32,000 nt of DNA. Source: Nitrosococcus oceani ATCC 19707. GTDB lineage: Bacteria > Pseudomonadota > Gammaproteobacteria > Nitrosococcales > Nitrosococcaceae. This document shows positions 16,908 through 26,930 of the stretch, piece by piece; positions within the stretch are counted from its first letter, which is position 1; each line of letters opens with the position of its first letter. Both the position numbers and the translations under genes were made by a program. The stretch covers positions 2,310,001 to 2,342,000 of the forward strand of contig NC_007484.1 in the NCBI RefSeq assembly GCF_000012805.1, read 5' to 3'. A model generated the notes under the pieces. That model made no database searches. It had not been told where the DNA came from and saw nothing but the letters and a program-made list of their open reading frames with translations.

Positions 16908-17924
16908 ATGTATCAAAATTTTTACGCGTTAACGGGAAAACCTTTTCAACTTAGCTCCGATCCTCGCTTTTTTTATGGCAGCACAGTTCATAAACGGGCC
17001 CTGTCTTATTTACGCTATGGTCTTATGCAAGGGGAGGGCTTTATTGTCATCACAGGCCCTATCGGCACAGGTAAAACAATGCTGGCCCGGACCCTAGTCT
17101 CCGAGCTTACAGATAATAACACCGTGGCAGCCCAAGTAGTTACCACCCAGCTAGAAGCCAATGATACGCTCCGTATTGTCGCTGCTTCCTATGGACTTCC
17201 CCATGAAGGCGTCACTAAAGCGGCCTTATTGAAGACCATCGAGTGCTTTCTACTAGAACGGGCTCAGGAGGGAAAGCAAGTACTACTATTGGTGGATGAA
17301 GCCCAAAATTTACCCCCTGAATCTATTGAAGAACTACGCATGCTCTCTAATTTTCAAGTGGGGGAGAGGGCATTACTGCAATGTTTTCTTCTAGGGCAAG
17401 AGGAATTTCGGCGAACCTTGGCTTTAGAAAATATGGAGCAGCTGCGGCAACGAATTATTGCTGCTTATCATCTCAATACCCTAGACAGAGATGAAACCCA
17501 AGGATACATTGAGCATCGCCTCAAATTGGTAGGGTGGAACGCCGATCCCGCAATTGCCGATGAAGCTTATGATGCGATCCATGAGCACACTGGGGGACTG
17601 CCCCGCCGAATCAATTCCCTCTGCGATCGCTTATTATTGTACTCTTATGTAGAGGAAAGCCATACTATTGACGAGCAGGCTGTCAATACGGTTGCCAGTG
17701 AAATAGCCGAGGAAAGCAGCCATATTAGAGGAAAAACTGAAATACAGGGAGAAACAAAAATACCGGTAGAGAAAAGCAGCCCTGATATGGAGAATCGCCT
17801 TATTCAGTTAGAAGAAACCGTAGCTGCATTGAAGAAGATAATAGATAGATTTGCCGGTGAAGATCAATCTGATCCCCCTCCCTCTTTGGAATTACGCCGA
17901 ATCTCCACAGGTAGCAAAGAGTAA
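16908..17924 (+). CDS. ExeA/GspA-like AAA ATPase; resembles the PEP-CTERM/XrtA-locus-associated ATPase subfamily
   Basis: The N-terminus MYQNFYALTGKPFQLSSDPRFFYGSTVHKRALSYLRYGL is typical of this family. Walker A GPIGTGKT, Walker B LLLVDEAQNL, and a coiled-coil acidic tail. No SD before the ATG. Confidence 0.7.
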   Translation: MYQNFYALTGKPFQLSSDPRFFYGSTVHKRALSYLRYGLMQGEGFIVITGPIGTGKTMLARTLVSELTDNNTVAAQVVTTQLEANDTLRIVAASYGLPHEGVTKAALLKTIECFLLERAQEGKQVLLLVDEAQNLPPESIEELRMLSNFQVGERALLQCFLLGQEEFRRTLALENMEQLRQRIIAAYHLNTLDRDETQGYIEHRLKLVGWNADPAIADEAYDAIHEHTGGLPRRINSLCDRLLLYSYVEESHTIDEQAVNTVASEIAEESSHIRGKTEIQGETKIPVEKSSPDMENRLIQLEETVAALKKIIDRFAGEDQSDPPPSLELRRISTGSKE

Positions 17925-18592
17925 ATGTCAGCCTGCTTTTTCCGCAGGCTAATAATAGCCCAGCCTTTTGTGCCAGCGTAGGTGTTCAACAGGCTATCAG
18001 GATCTACGGCAACTGGATAAGTCACCTGTTCCAGGAGCGGTATATCATTATGGGAATCGCTATAAAACCAACTTGTCTTTAGGGTTAATGCCCGTTCTTT
18101 AAGCCACGTTTTTAAGCGAGTCACTTTGCCCTCCCGATAAGAAGGAACGCCCTTTACTTGCCCTGTATAGCAACCATCTCGCATCTCGGGCTCGGTAGCA
18201 ATAAGGTCATCAATCCCAAGCATTTCAGCAATAGGCCCAGTAATAAAACGGTTGGTTGCCGTAATAATCAGTAGTGCATGGCCCTGGGCTCGATGCAAAG
18301 CAAGCAACTCCCGGGCCTGAGGTAAAATAATAGGACGGATTTTTTCTTCCAGGTATTGTGACCGCCAAATCTCCAATTGCTGGGGGGGATACTGCCTAAG
18401 CGGCGCTAGCTGGAATGCCAGAAATTCATAGATATTTAACGTCCCTTCCTGGTATTGCCGATAAAAAGCCTGATTAGTTTGCTGATAGTCATCACTACTT
18501 ACGATTCCCTGTTCCACTAGGAATTGTCCCCATAAATAGTCAGAATCCCCCCCTAACAGGGTATTGTCCAAATCAAAGATAGCCAGCCCCAT
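17864..18592 (-). CDS. HAD-IB family hydrolase (phosphoserine phosphatase-like)
   Basis: Motif I IFDLDNTLL, motif II IITATN, motif IV YSDSHNDIPLL. The C-terminus runs about 25 aa past the family-typical ...GWxIISLR end and overlaps the convergent ATPase gene by 61 nt. Confidence 0.8.
   Translation of the reverse strand: MGLAIFDLDNTLLGGDSDYLWGQFLVEQGIVSSDDYQQTNQAFYRQYQEGTLNIYEFLAFQLAPLRQYPPQQLEIWRSQYLEEKIRPIILPQARELLALHRAQGHALLIITATNRFITGPIAEMLGIDDLIATEPEMRDGCYTGQVKGVPSYREGKVTRLKTWLKERALTLKTSWFYSDSHNDIPLLEQVTYPVAVDPDSLLNTYAGTKGWAIISLRKKQADIYSLLPVEIRRNSKEGGGSD
17930..17950. terminator. 7-bp hairpin immediately after the ATPase stop, lying inside the extended 3' end of the convergent HAD ORF
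   Basis: agcctgc (17930-17936), loop tttttcc, gcaggct (17944-17950). There is no U-tract on either side, so terminator function is uncertain. Confidence 0.3.
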
Positions 18593-18979
18593 AATTATTT
18601 ATCTCTCGGTATCTAACCTGATGTTTGAAGTTCCGTCGGTACCGCCCAGGAGAACAGCTTGGTTTTTACCCGGCCCCCCTGTAAAATAATTTTACACTGT
18701 GAAGTAAATACTTCTCCCCCGAATCTGGCAGACTCCCCAATATCCATTAGCGCCAAAAAGCATCCGTCAGGTGCTGCCCCTGGCCTCAAACTCCGCAAGC
18801 GAGAAAACCATAGCGCGAATTGAACTATGAAGCAATAACATAACTGGCACCATACCTTTCCGTACCCACTCTTAGGAAACGCGAGGGGATCTCGCGTCCC
18901 TGCAAGATTTGCGCTAAGGGGCTAATTTTAGGTATCTTTATGGGATTATTTCATTGACTATTAAGAGTGTGAACAGGCC

Positions 18980-19525
18980 GTGATTGATCGAGACGGCTTC
19001 AGAGCGAATGTAGGGCTTATCCTTTGTAATCAGGATGATAGGGTATTATGGGCGCGGCGAGCAAGAGAGAAAGCATGGCAATTTCCCCAAGGAGGAGTCA
19101 AAGAAAGCGAGACTACTGAAGAGGCTGCCTACCGGGAATTAGAAGAAGAAGTGGGGCTAGGCGTGGAGCACGTCAAGATCATTGGCTGCACCCGCAGTTG
19201 GCTACGGTATCGCCTACCCAACCGTTATGTCCGCTACGGTAATAAACCCCTGTGTATTGGCCAAAAGCAGATCTGGTATTTATTTCGCTTCGTTGGAGAA
19301 GAGCAAGACGTTCAGTTAAATCTGACGGATAAACCGGAATTTGACTATTGGTGCTGGGTCAACTATTGGTATCCACTCCGTGAAATTGTGTATTTCAAGC
19401 GTAAAGTCTATCAGCGAGCTTTGAATGAATTGGCGCCTCTGATCTTTCCAGATCACCAATCGCTTCCACCAGCCCGTTCTAATTACCGAAAACGCCGCCG
19501 CCAAAAAACAAGATCCCGTATTTAG
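18980..19525 (+). CDS. rppH: RNA pyrophosphohydrolase (Nudix)
   Basis: GTG start. [24 protein letters not shown] and Nudix box [23 protein letters not shown], plus a basic C-terminal tail as in RppH/NudH. Confidence 0.9.
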
Positions 19526-19571
19526 AAGCAATTTTAAATACAACGACACCATTATGAATAGATATATCTAC

Positions 19572-21200
19572 TTATAGGCTCGCCACTAATGGATTTCCGT
19601 CTTCTACCCCCAAAGCGTGCTCCCTAATAGCATGGAAAGCCACTTCGGGCCAACGTTCCATGGTGAGATCCAGGTTAACCCGAGTGGGCGCTAAATAAGT
19701 AAGATTGCCCGCTCCATCCAAAGCTAAATGAGCAGCCGCTTTGGTGCGAAATTCCTCCAACCGCCGAGAGTCGTTACAGCTCACCCAACGGGCAGTGACC
19801 ACTTGCACACTATCATAACCACAATCTACGCTATATTCATGTTTTAGGCGATGGGCGACCACATCGAACTGGAGCACCCCTACTGCCCCCAAAATCAAGT
19901 CGTTACCCAGCAAAGGGCGAAAGAGCTGGGTTGCTCCTTCCTCGCTTAGCTGTTGTAACCCTTTAAGCAAGGCTTTCGTACGGAGCGGATCTTTGAGGCG
20001 AACCCGGCGAAAAAGCTCCGGCGCAAAATGGGGAATTCCAGTAAATTGCAGCTCCTCGCCTTGGGTGAAAGTATCACCAATTTGGATAGTGCCATGGTTG
20101 TGAAAGCCAATAATGTCACCAGGCCAAGCAGTTTCAGCTTGCTCCCGTTCCCCGGCCATGAAGGTTAGGACATTGGCGATTTGTACCTCCCGTCCCAAGC
20201 GAGTATGTCGCAACTTCATCCCTTTCTGGTAGCTGCCGGAGCACACTCGCAAAAAGGCGATCCGATCCCGATGCTGGGGATCCATATTGGCCTGGATCTT
20301 GAATACAAAGCCGCTAAATTTTAGCTCCTTGGGGGCTACCCTGCGAGTCGCCGTCTCACGGGCCCGAGGGGAAGGCGCATACTCCACATAAGCATCTAGC
20401 AGTTCTTCCACGCCAAAATTATTCATGGCTGATCCGAAAAACACGGGCGTCTGCTCTCCAGCCAGAAAAGCTTCCTTATCAAAGGGATGACTGGCACCCT
20501 GCACCAGAGCGATTTCTTCTTGCAATTCTTCCACCTGGTTGCCTAGCAGTTCACTGAGACGGGGATTATCCAATCCTTGAATCTGCTCCCCAGTTTTGAT
20601 CTTGCCGCCATGGGTAGGGCTGAATAAATGGATGCGGTTATGGCTTAGATGGAAAATTCCTTTAAAGCGTTTTCCCATCCCAATGGGCCAAGTCAAGGGC
20701 GCGCAGCGAATCCCCAGTACCCGCTCAATTTCGTCTAGGAGTTCGATAGGTTCTTGGCCTTCTCGATCCAGCTTATTGATAAAAGTCAGAATAGGCGTAT
20801 TGCGCAGGCGACAAACTTCCATCAATTTGATGGTTCGCTCTTCAACGCCCTTGGCGCTATCAATGACCATCAAAGCCGAATCCACAGCAGTCAGAGTCCG
20901 ATAAGTATCCTCGGAAAAATCAGCATGGCCAGGCGTATCCAATAAATTGATAATACGATCTTTATAAGGGAACTGCATCACCGAGGAAGTGACCGAAATT
21001 CCCCGCTGCTTTTCCAATTCCATCCAGTCCGAAGTGGCATGGCGCGACGCCTTGCGGGATTTTACGGTACCCGCTAACTGGATCGCCCCACCGAAAAGCA
21101 GTAATTTCTCCGTGAGAGTCGTTTTCCCTGCATCCGGGTGGGAAATGATAGCGAAGGTTCTTCTTTTCTCTATTTCTCGGATAAGTTCAGTGGGTGACAT
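19572..21200 (-). CDS. prfC: Peptide chain release factor 3 (translational GTPase)
   Basis: G1 [26 protein letters not shown]3 [11 protein letters not shown]4 FINKLDR. The length (542 aa) is consistent with RF3. Confidence 0.93.
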   Translation of the reverse strand: MSPTELIREIEKRRTFAIISHPDAGKTTLTEKLLLFGGAIQLAGTVKSRKASRHATSDWMELEKQRGISVTSSVMQFPYKDRIINLLDTPGHADFSEDTYRTLTAVDSALMVIDSAKGVEERTIKLMEVCRLRNTPILTFINKLDREGQEPIELLDEIERVLGIRCAPLTWPIGMGKRFKGIFHLSHNRIHLFSPTHGGKIKTGEQIQGLDNPRLSELLGNQVEELQEEIALVQGASHPFDKEAFLAGEQTPVFFGSAMNNFGVEELLDAYVEYAPSPRARETATRRVAPKELKFSGFVFKIQANMDPQHRDRIAFLRVCSGSYQKGMKLRHTRLGREVQIANVLTFMAGEREQAETAWPGDIIGFHNHGTIQIGDTFTQGEELQFTGIPHFAPELFRRVRLKDPLRTKALLKGLQQLSEEGATQLFRPLLGNDLILGAVGVLQFDVVAHRLKHEYSVDCGYDSVQVVTARWVSCNDSRRLEEFRTKAAAHLALDGAGNLTYLAPTRVNLDLTMERWPEVAFHAIREHALGVEDGNPLVASL

Positions 21201-21375
21201 GCTTGAAAACTTTTTAAAGTACGCAATTATATACCCTCTTAGAAGGGTACTCAGGAAAATTATGAAAGGTTAAAAGATAATTACATTTTCTCTGATCCTG
21301 GTCAGATAAACAATAATTCTAGCTACTCGTAACTTAGCCAGGAGATTTAAGGAAAAACAACAAGCGCGCAACCCT

Positions 21376-21412
21376 AACGAGGAATTATTCTGGGGAACGA
21401 AGGAAATTATTC
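21376..21412. repeat. Tandem direct repeat AACGA(A)GGAA(A)TTATTC x2, with a third partial copy at 21447-21457
   Basis: aacgaggaattattc (21376-21390) and aacgaaggaaattattc (21396-21412) are separated by 5 nt. aaggaaaattc recurs at 21447-21457, just before two TATAAT hexamers (21460-21465 and 21471-21476). Confidence 0.6.
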
Positions 21413-21477
21413 GACCAACGGAAAGTGCTCAAAATATCGCCTATTTAAGGAAAATTCTTTATAATGAAACTATAATA

Positions 21478-21858
21478 TTGTATATCTGGTTTGGAATTTT
21501 ACTTGTGGTTTCTCTCCCTCTGTCATCTACCATCAGTATTCAAAATTGTCTCAGCGGCGGGGAGACCAGCGAGGTACGGCATGAATATGTTGCCAGCCAG
21601 CTTGCTGTCATGAGCGGTGCTAGTCGCGCCCGCAATTTCACTTCCCCCAACATTCATACTCGCCTCTGCGAGTGTTATCGCCTGCCACGGAAAATATTGA
21701 CCGGCGTGAGAAACGAGTGGCCTATCGGCACTTGGGAAGTCGATGTCCATGAGGATAGTGAGACCGCCGCACTTATTATACTCCCTGGATCTGGAATTAC
21801 CTCTGGCTGTCCGCCTATAAGGGAGTTACCAGTCACGATAACTCCATCAATCAGGTAA
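21478..21858 (+). CDS. Orphan ORF; hypothetical small secreted protein, or non-coding
   Basis: An uninterrupted 126-codon ORF with a hydrophobic N-terminus (YIWFGILLVVSLPLSS). Against it: TTG start, no SD, the start abuts a TATAAT box, and two ORFs (62 and 75 aa) cover the same DNA on the other strand. I recognise no family. Confidence 0.25.
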   Translation: MYIWFGILLVVSLPLSSTISIQNCLSGGETSEVRHEYVASQLAVMSGASRARNFTSPNIHTRLCECYRLPRKILTGVRNEWPIGTWEVDVHEDSETAALIILPGSGITSGCPPIRELPVTITPSIR

Positions 21859-22022
21859 ACCATGTCTTCTCATTGAAAACTGCCTTTTGAAACACTTGAA
21901 ATTATACTGCGCCCCCGTTACAAACTATGATAAACGCGCTTACAATTTCTTATTATTAGCTCCACGTGCCTCTCCTGATAATCCTACTAGCGCCACATAT
22001 CAATCTATAGCAGCACAGCAAT

Positions 22023-24458
22023 ATGCTAGACAAGGCGCATCCTGAAGCAACCCGCTTCCGGGCTAAACAAGTCGAAATACTTTATGAGCAATCGCATGTC
22101 GGACAGGCCGCCAGCATAGTGGCAGCACTCATCCTTATCGCAGTATTCTGGACCGTGACGCCACATAGAACTCTGGCGGGCTGGGCCTTCTTCTTTACGC
22201 TTGTCACTGTACTGCGAGTTGGATTGGCTCATCGATACGCTCGCTCACCGGACCACTCCAAGCAGGTGGGTGAGTGGCTAGCATGGTTTATGACAGGGAT
22301 AGGGATCTCCGGTGCAACCTGGGGCTCGGCAGTTATTTTCCTTGTCCCCAATGGTTCCCTGGTTCATACGGGATTCGCAGCCCTTTGGATCTGTGGATTA
22401 TCCGCAGGCGCAATAGCTACCTTCTCTATTATTAAAGGCGCTTTCTTTGCTTTTTCGCTTCCTGCGCTGCTCCCCAGCGCCTTGTATTTGATAATAAGCG
22501 GAGACATGAAAGAAGCCACCGTGGGGGGAGCGCAGTTGATGTTCCTGGGATTTATCTCTCTCAGCGCGGTGCGGATGCACAAAACCCTAGTGCAAAGTTT
22601 AACCCTTCAATTTGAAAACGCCCGCCTGGTAGATCATCTGGATACGGAAAAAAAGAAGGTGGAGAAACTCAACGAGCAACTAGAAAAAAAGGTGCTCAAG
22701 CGAACCGCCGAACTTGCCCAAGCCAATGCCAATCTACAACGAGATATTATCAAGCGCCAGCGTGCTGAGCAAGCTTTGTTCGCAGAAAAAGAGCTCCTTC
22801 AAATCACCCTCCACTCTATCGGGGATGGGGTCATTACCACGAACGCCGAAGGCATCGTCGAATACTTGAACCCAGTCGCGGAAAAATTGACCGGCTGGTC
22901 GTGTGACAAAGCACGGGGTTTACCGCTAGCAACTGTGTTTCGGGTCATCGACGAACAGACCCGTGAACCCATTGCTGACCCTATCGCCCAGTGCCTAAAG
23001 GAAGGGGGCGCAATCGAAATAGCAAATCATAGTGTGGTCATTAGCCGGAACGGCCAAGAATATGCTATTCAGGACTCGGCTGCTCCGATTAGCAGCCGCA
23101 CGGGAGAAGTATTAGGCGTGGTTTTAGTATTCAGCGATGTCACCGAAGCGCGCCATATGACGCGTCAGATCACCCACCAGGCCACCCATGACTCATTGAC
23201 CGGCCTAGTTAACCGACGGGAGTTCGAGCACCGCTTGGAGCGGGTGCTGGCAACATTAAAAGCCGAATCGGCCGAGTACGCCCTATGCTACTTTGATCTC
23301 GACCGCTTCAAGGTCATCAATGATACCTGCGGACATGTAGCAGGAGACGAACTACTGCGGCAAGTCTCGGAAGTACTAAGGGGGCAAATTAGAAAACGGG
23401 ATACTTTAGCCCGTCTGGGTGGAGATGAGTTTGGGGTATTGCTAGAGCATTGTTCTCTAAAACAAGCCCAGCGGGTAGCTACCGCAATACACAAGGCTAT
23501 CGAAGACTTTCAATTTACTTGGGAGGGCAAAAGTTTCCGTATCGGTGTAAGCATTGGGTTGGTTCCCATCACCAAGGCTAGCATGGGAATCGCGGTAGTG
23601 CTAAAAGCTGCGGATACTGCCTGTTATGCGGCTAAAAACAAGGGCCGTAACCGTATTCATGTGTACCACGAAACTGATAAGGAACTAGCCTCTCACCGGG
23701 GAGAAGTGCAGTGGATGACCCGAATACACCGCGCTCTTAAGGAAAATTACTTCCAAGTATATTTCCAACCCATCATACCCCTTGCAACCGAAAAAGAGGA
23801 GAAGTGCTATGAGGTATTTCTGCGGCTGGAGGATGGCGCGGGAGGAGTAGTTTTACCTGGCGCTTTCTTACCGACAGCGGAACGTTATAATCTTGCAGTT
23901 AAAATTGACCGCTGGATGATCGCTAATACCTTTACCTGGTTAGCCCAGAATCCTGAACCCCTGCGCACCTGTTTCATCAATTTGTCCGGGCACTCACTCA
24001 GAAACAAAACCTTTCTGGCCTTTATTATCGAGCAGCTTGAGAAAACCCCCATACCGTCTATCCAGATATGCTTTGAAATCACCGAAGCAGCAGCAACCGC
24101 CAATCTCTCCTGTACCATCCGCTTCATCAAATCGCTAAAATCCCATGGTTGCAAGTTCTCATTGGATGACTTTGGCAGTAGCCTATCTTCCTTTGCTTAT
24201 CTCAAAAATTTACCGGTGGATTTTTTGAAGATCGATGGTCTTTTTGTAAAAGACATCCTAGACGATCCCATCGATTTAGCCATAGTTCGCTCAATCAATG
24301 AGATAGGGCAGATTATGAAAAAGCAGACGATAGCCGAATGGGTAGAAAAGGAAGAAGTACTAGAGAAACTGCGAGAAATTGGTGTAAATTATGCCCAAGG
24401 GTATTGGATTAATCCGCCCCAGCCTCTCACAGAAATGAAATCCCCGCAAAAAAGATAA
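22023..24458 (+). CDS. Membrane-anchored PAS-GGDEF-EAL cyclic-di-GMP signalling protein
   Basis: N-terminal multi-TM region, then a coiled coil and a PAS domain (LHSIGDGVITTNAEGIVEYLNPVAEKLTGW). The GGDEF domain has intact GGDEF and an RxxD I-site (RKRDTLARLGGDEF). The EAL domain has YEVFLRL, DDFGSSLSSFAYLK, KIDG and EWVE. Confidence 0.9.
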   Translation: MLDKAHPEATRFRAKQVEILYEQSHVGQAASIVAALILIAVFWTVTPHRTLAGWAFFFTLVTVLRVGLAHRYARSPDHSKQVGEWLAWFMTGIGISGATWGSAVIFLVPNGSLVHTGFAALWICGLSAGAIATFSIIKGAFFAFSLPALLPSALYLIISGDMKEATVGGAQLMFLGFISLSAVRMHKTLVQSLTLQFENARLVDHLDTEKKKVEKLNEQLEKKVLKRTAELAQANANLQRDIIKRQRAEQALFAEKELLQITLHSIGDGVITTNAEGIVEYLNPVAEKLTGWSCDKARGLPLATVFRVIDEQTREPIADPIAQCLKEGGAIEIANHSVVISRNGQEYAIQDSAAPISSRTGEVLGVVLVFSDVTEARHMTRQITHQATHDSLTGLVNRREFEHRLERVLATLKAESAEYALCYFDLDRFKVINDTCGHVAGDELLRQVSEVLRGQIRKRDTLARLGGDEFGVLLEHCSLKQAQRVATAIHKAIEDFQFTWEGKSFRIGVSIGLVPITKASMGIAVVLKAADTACYAAKNKGRNRIHVYHETDKELASHRGEVQWMTRIHRALKENYFQVYFQPIIPLATEKEEKCYEVFLRLEDGAGGVVLPGAFLPTAERYNLAVKIDRWMIANTFTWLAQNPEPLRTCFINLSGHSLRNKTFLAFIIEQLEKTPIPSIQICFEITEAAATANLSCTIRFIKSLKSHGCKFSLDDFGSSLSSFAYLKNLPVDFLKIDGLFVKDILDDPIDLAIVRSINEIGQIMKKQTIAEWVEKEEVLEKLREIGVNYAQGYWINPPQPLTEMKSPQKR

Positions 24459-24507
24459 AGAGATAGAGAAATAGCCCTTAAGAAGCCTTTGATGAGCTAG
24501 AACGTTA

Positions 24508-25113
24508 CTATGCTTCCAAGAAGCGTCTCACCGGCCGAAAAGAGCGCCGGTGAATGGAGCAGGGGCCCAGTGCTTTCAGAGCAGCCAGATGAGCCCGGGT
24601 CGGATAACCTTTATGAATTCCAAAACCGTAGCCTGGATAGCTTTCCTCAAAAGCGATCATCTCGGCATCCCGGGCTACCTTGGCCACAATAGAAGCAGCC
24701 CCGATAGCCATAATCTGTTGGTCCCCCTTGACGATGGCCCGTACGGGACACACGGTGGGGGGACAATGCTTGCCATCTACCAAAACCAGGTCGGGAACCA
24801 CTGAAAGTGCCGAAATAGCTCGCTCCATTGCTAACAAGCTGGCCTGCAAGATATTAAACTGATCGATCTCCGCAGCTTCAGCCCGACCTAAGGCCCAAGC
24901 GACTGCCTGCGCTTGGATGAGCGCAGCCAAACGTTCCCGCGCGGGTGCCGTCAACTGTTTGGAGTCCTTTACCCCGCTAATCGGACATTCCGGATCAAGA
25001 ATCACCGCCCCGGCGATAACCGGGCCAGCTAAGGGACCGCGGCCTACTTCATCCACCCCCGCAACTCTTTGTCCCAGAACTGATGTACTCAATATCCCGC
25101 CATCAAGTAACAT
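24508..25113 (-). CDS. rnhB: Ribonuclease HII
   Basis: [25 protein letters not shown] and SIVAK...[10 protein letters not shown] motifs. I prefer ATG 25113 (M13 of the ORF-track protein), which overlaps the ribB(A*) stop by 11 nt. Confidence 0.88.
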   Translation of the reverse strand: MLLDGGILSTSVLGQRVAGVDEVGRGPLAGPVIAGAVILDPECPISGVKDSKQLTAPARERLAALIQAQAVAWALGRAEAAEIDQFNILQASLLAMERAISALSVVPDLVLVDGKHCPPTVCPVRAIVKGDQQIMAIGAASIVAKVARDAEMIAFEESYPGYGFGIHKGYPTRAHLAALKALGPCSIHRRSFRPVRRFLEA

Positions 25114-26209
25114 AATCCACCACTTCCAGGCCAAAACCCGCCAGCCCATGCATTCGCCGGGGAGCGCTCATCACCCGCATCTTTTGCACACCCAAATCAG
25201 TCAAGATCTGGGCTCCAACTCCATAAGTCCGCAAATCATTTGGAGGCTCTTGCCGAGGCAAACGCTCCCCCTGATCCTCCAGATTATAGTCCTGAATTCG
25301 CTGCACCAAATCACTAGAAGATTCCGGCCGGCGTAGAATCACGACCACGCCGGTACCCGCCTTGGCGATGCGAGTCATGGCATCGTGCAAGGGCCAGCCA
25401 CAATCACCGCGCCGTACCTGGAGAATATCGCAAAGGGTATCAGCCATGTGAACACGCACCAAAGCCGGCTCTTCAGGACAAAGCTCGCCCCTAACTAAAG
25501 CCAGATGGAGCTGCTGGTCCACCAGATCCTGATAAGCTAAGAGGCGGAACAGCCCCTGTTCCGTAGGCAGAGCGCACTCGGCTACCCGTGCGACAGAGCG
25601 TTCATGTTCTAAACGGTAACGAATCAGATCGGCGATGGTGCCCAGTTTCAAACCGTGGCGCTCGGCAAAAACTTCCAGATCCGGGCGGCGGGCCATACTT
25701 CCATCTTCATTGAGAATTTCCACAATGACTGCCGCCGGCTCAAAACCAGCCAGCCGCGCCAAGTCACAACCTGCCTCCGTATGCCCTGCTCGGGTAAGCA
25801 CTCCCCCTGGACGAGCCATGAGGGGGAAAATATGGCCCGGCTGCTCCAAATCCTCGGGGCGCGCCTCTGGAGCAACCGCCGCTTGCACGGTGCGAGCCCG
25901 ATCCGCTGCGGAAATTCCCGTAGTCACCCCCGTTGCCGCTTCGATGGATACCGTAAAATTAGTACTATATTTAGCGTTACTGTCTGACACCATTAAGGGC
26001 AGCCGTAATTGGCGGCAACGGGCCTCAGTCAAGGTCAGACAAATCAATCCCCGTCCATAGCGGGCCATAAAATTGATATCTGGCGCCCTCACCTGGGAGG
26101 CTGCCATAATCAAGTCTCCCTCATTCTCCCGATCCTCATCGTCCATGAGGATAACCATTTTTCCTTCACGGAGATCCTGAATGATCGCTTCCGTCTTGCT
26201 CAAGGGCAT
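25103..26209 (-). CDS. ribBA: 3,4-dihydroxy-2-butanone-4-phosphate synthase fused to a degenerate GTP cyclohydrolase II-like domain (RibBX-type)
   Basis: The N-terminal DHBPS domain is intact ([21 protein letters not shown]). In the C-terminal RibA-like domain, E. coli VHSEC...RCDCG is replaced by VHMAD...RGDCG, so two of the three Zn-ligand cysteines are absent, and the HRQEGRNIG block is not conserved. Confidence 0.85.
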   Translation of the reverse strand: MPLSKTEAIIQDLREGKMVILMDDEDRENEGDLIMAASQVRAPDINFMARYGRGLICLTLTEARCRQLRLPLMVSDSNAKYSTNFTVSIEAATGVTTGISAADRARTVQAAVAPEARPEDLEQPGHIFPLMARPGGVLTRAGHTEAGCDLARLAGFEPAAVIVEILNEDGSMARRPDLEVFAERHGLKLGTIADLIRYRLEHERSVARVAECALPTEQGLFRLLAYQDLVDQQLHLALVRGELCPEEPALVRVHMADTLCDILQVRRGDCGWPLHDAMTRIAKAGTGVVVILRRPESSSDLVQRIQDYNLEDQGERLPRQEPPNDLRTYGVGAQILTDLGVQKMRVMSAPRRMHGLAGFGLEVVDYVT

Positions 26210-26215
26210 GATGGA

Positions 26216-26872
26216 TTATTTACTAAAATTATGTCGGGTGAGGAGAGATTCACCAAGACGTGGCCGAGTTGTCGCTACCGAGTCACCGCGTAACAGGCTC
26301 TCTAAATAACGAGCTAAAAGATCCACTTCTAAATTTACCTCCCGTTCCGAATGGTATTCGTTTAAGGTAGTAGCTTCCAGGGTATGGGGGATAATATTCA
26401 CCATGAAGAGGCTCCCCTTCACTTCGTTAACGGTCAAACTCACGCCATCAACGCAAATGGACCCTTTCTCGGCAATGTACTTGGCTAGATTTGCCGGCGC
26501 ATGGATAGAAAAACCGATGCTCCCAGCTACTGGTTTGCGCTCAACCACCGTTCCCACGCCATCGCAATGGCCACTGGTTAAATGTCCGCCAAGACCATCC
26601 TTGAGGGTGAGGGCTGGCTCCAGATTGACTCGATCGCCAGGCTGCAGCCTCCCTAGTACCGTGCGGGATAAAGTTTCCTGGGAAACATCAGCATCGAAAA
26701 TGTTGTTTTCCTGGCGAGTCACAGTTAAACAAACCCCGTTAACAGCGATACTGTCGCCAATACTAGCCTGGGCAAAACCCAGTTTACCGCCATCGATACG
26801 CAGAACAGCCGCGCTCCCCATGAATTGTAGCGCCACCACCTTCCCAACCGCCCGAATAATCCCGGTGAACAT
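26216..26872 (-). CDS. ribE: Riboflavin synthase (alpha chain)
   Basis: MFTGIIRAVG start, two lumazine-binding repeats (GDSIAVNGVCLTV and GSICVDGVSLTV), 218 aa. Confidence 0.9.
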   Translation of the reverse strand: MFTGIIRAVGKVVALQFMGSAAVLRIDGGKLGFAQASIGDSIAVNGVCLTVTRQENNIFDADVSQETLSRTVLGRLQPGDRVNLEPALTLKDGLGGHLTSGHCDGVGTVVERKPVAGSIGFSIHAPANLAKYIAEKGSICVDGVSLTVNEVKGSLFMVNIIPHTLEATTLNEYHSEREVNLEVDLLARYLESLLRGDSVATTRPRLGESLLTRHNFSK

Positions 26873-26930
26873 GATTACTTTAACCCGCTTCTAGTGAATT
26901 TCAACGCCAAATTTTTAGCCTGGAAGGTAT

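Noticed and set aside
21675-21863. A PEP-CTERM-like sorting signal (VIPDPGS...RGRR) in the 62-aa minus-strand ORF, which is tempting given the PEP-CTERM-type ATPase at 16908.
   Set aside because: The segment between PDP and the basic tail is 33 aa long and not hydrophobic enough for the transmembrane helix. The ORF has no upstream protein body and no signal peptide.
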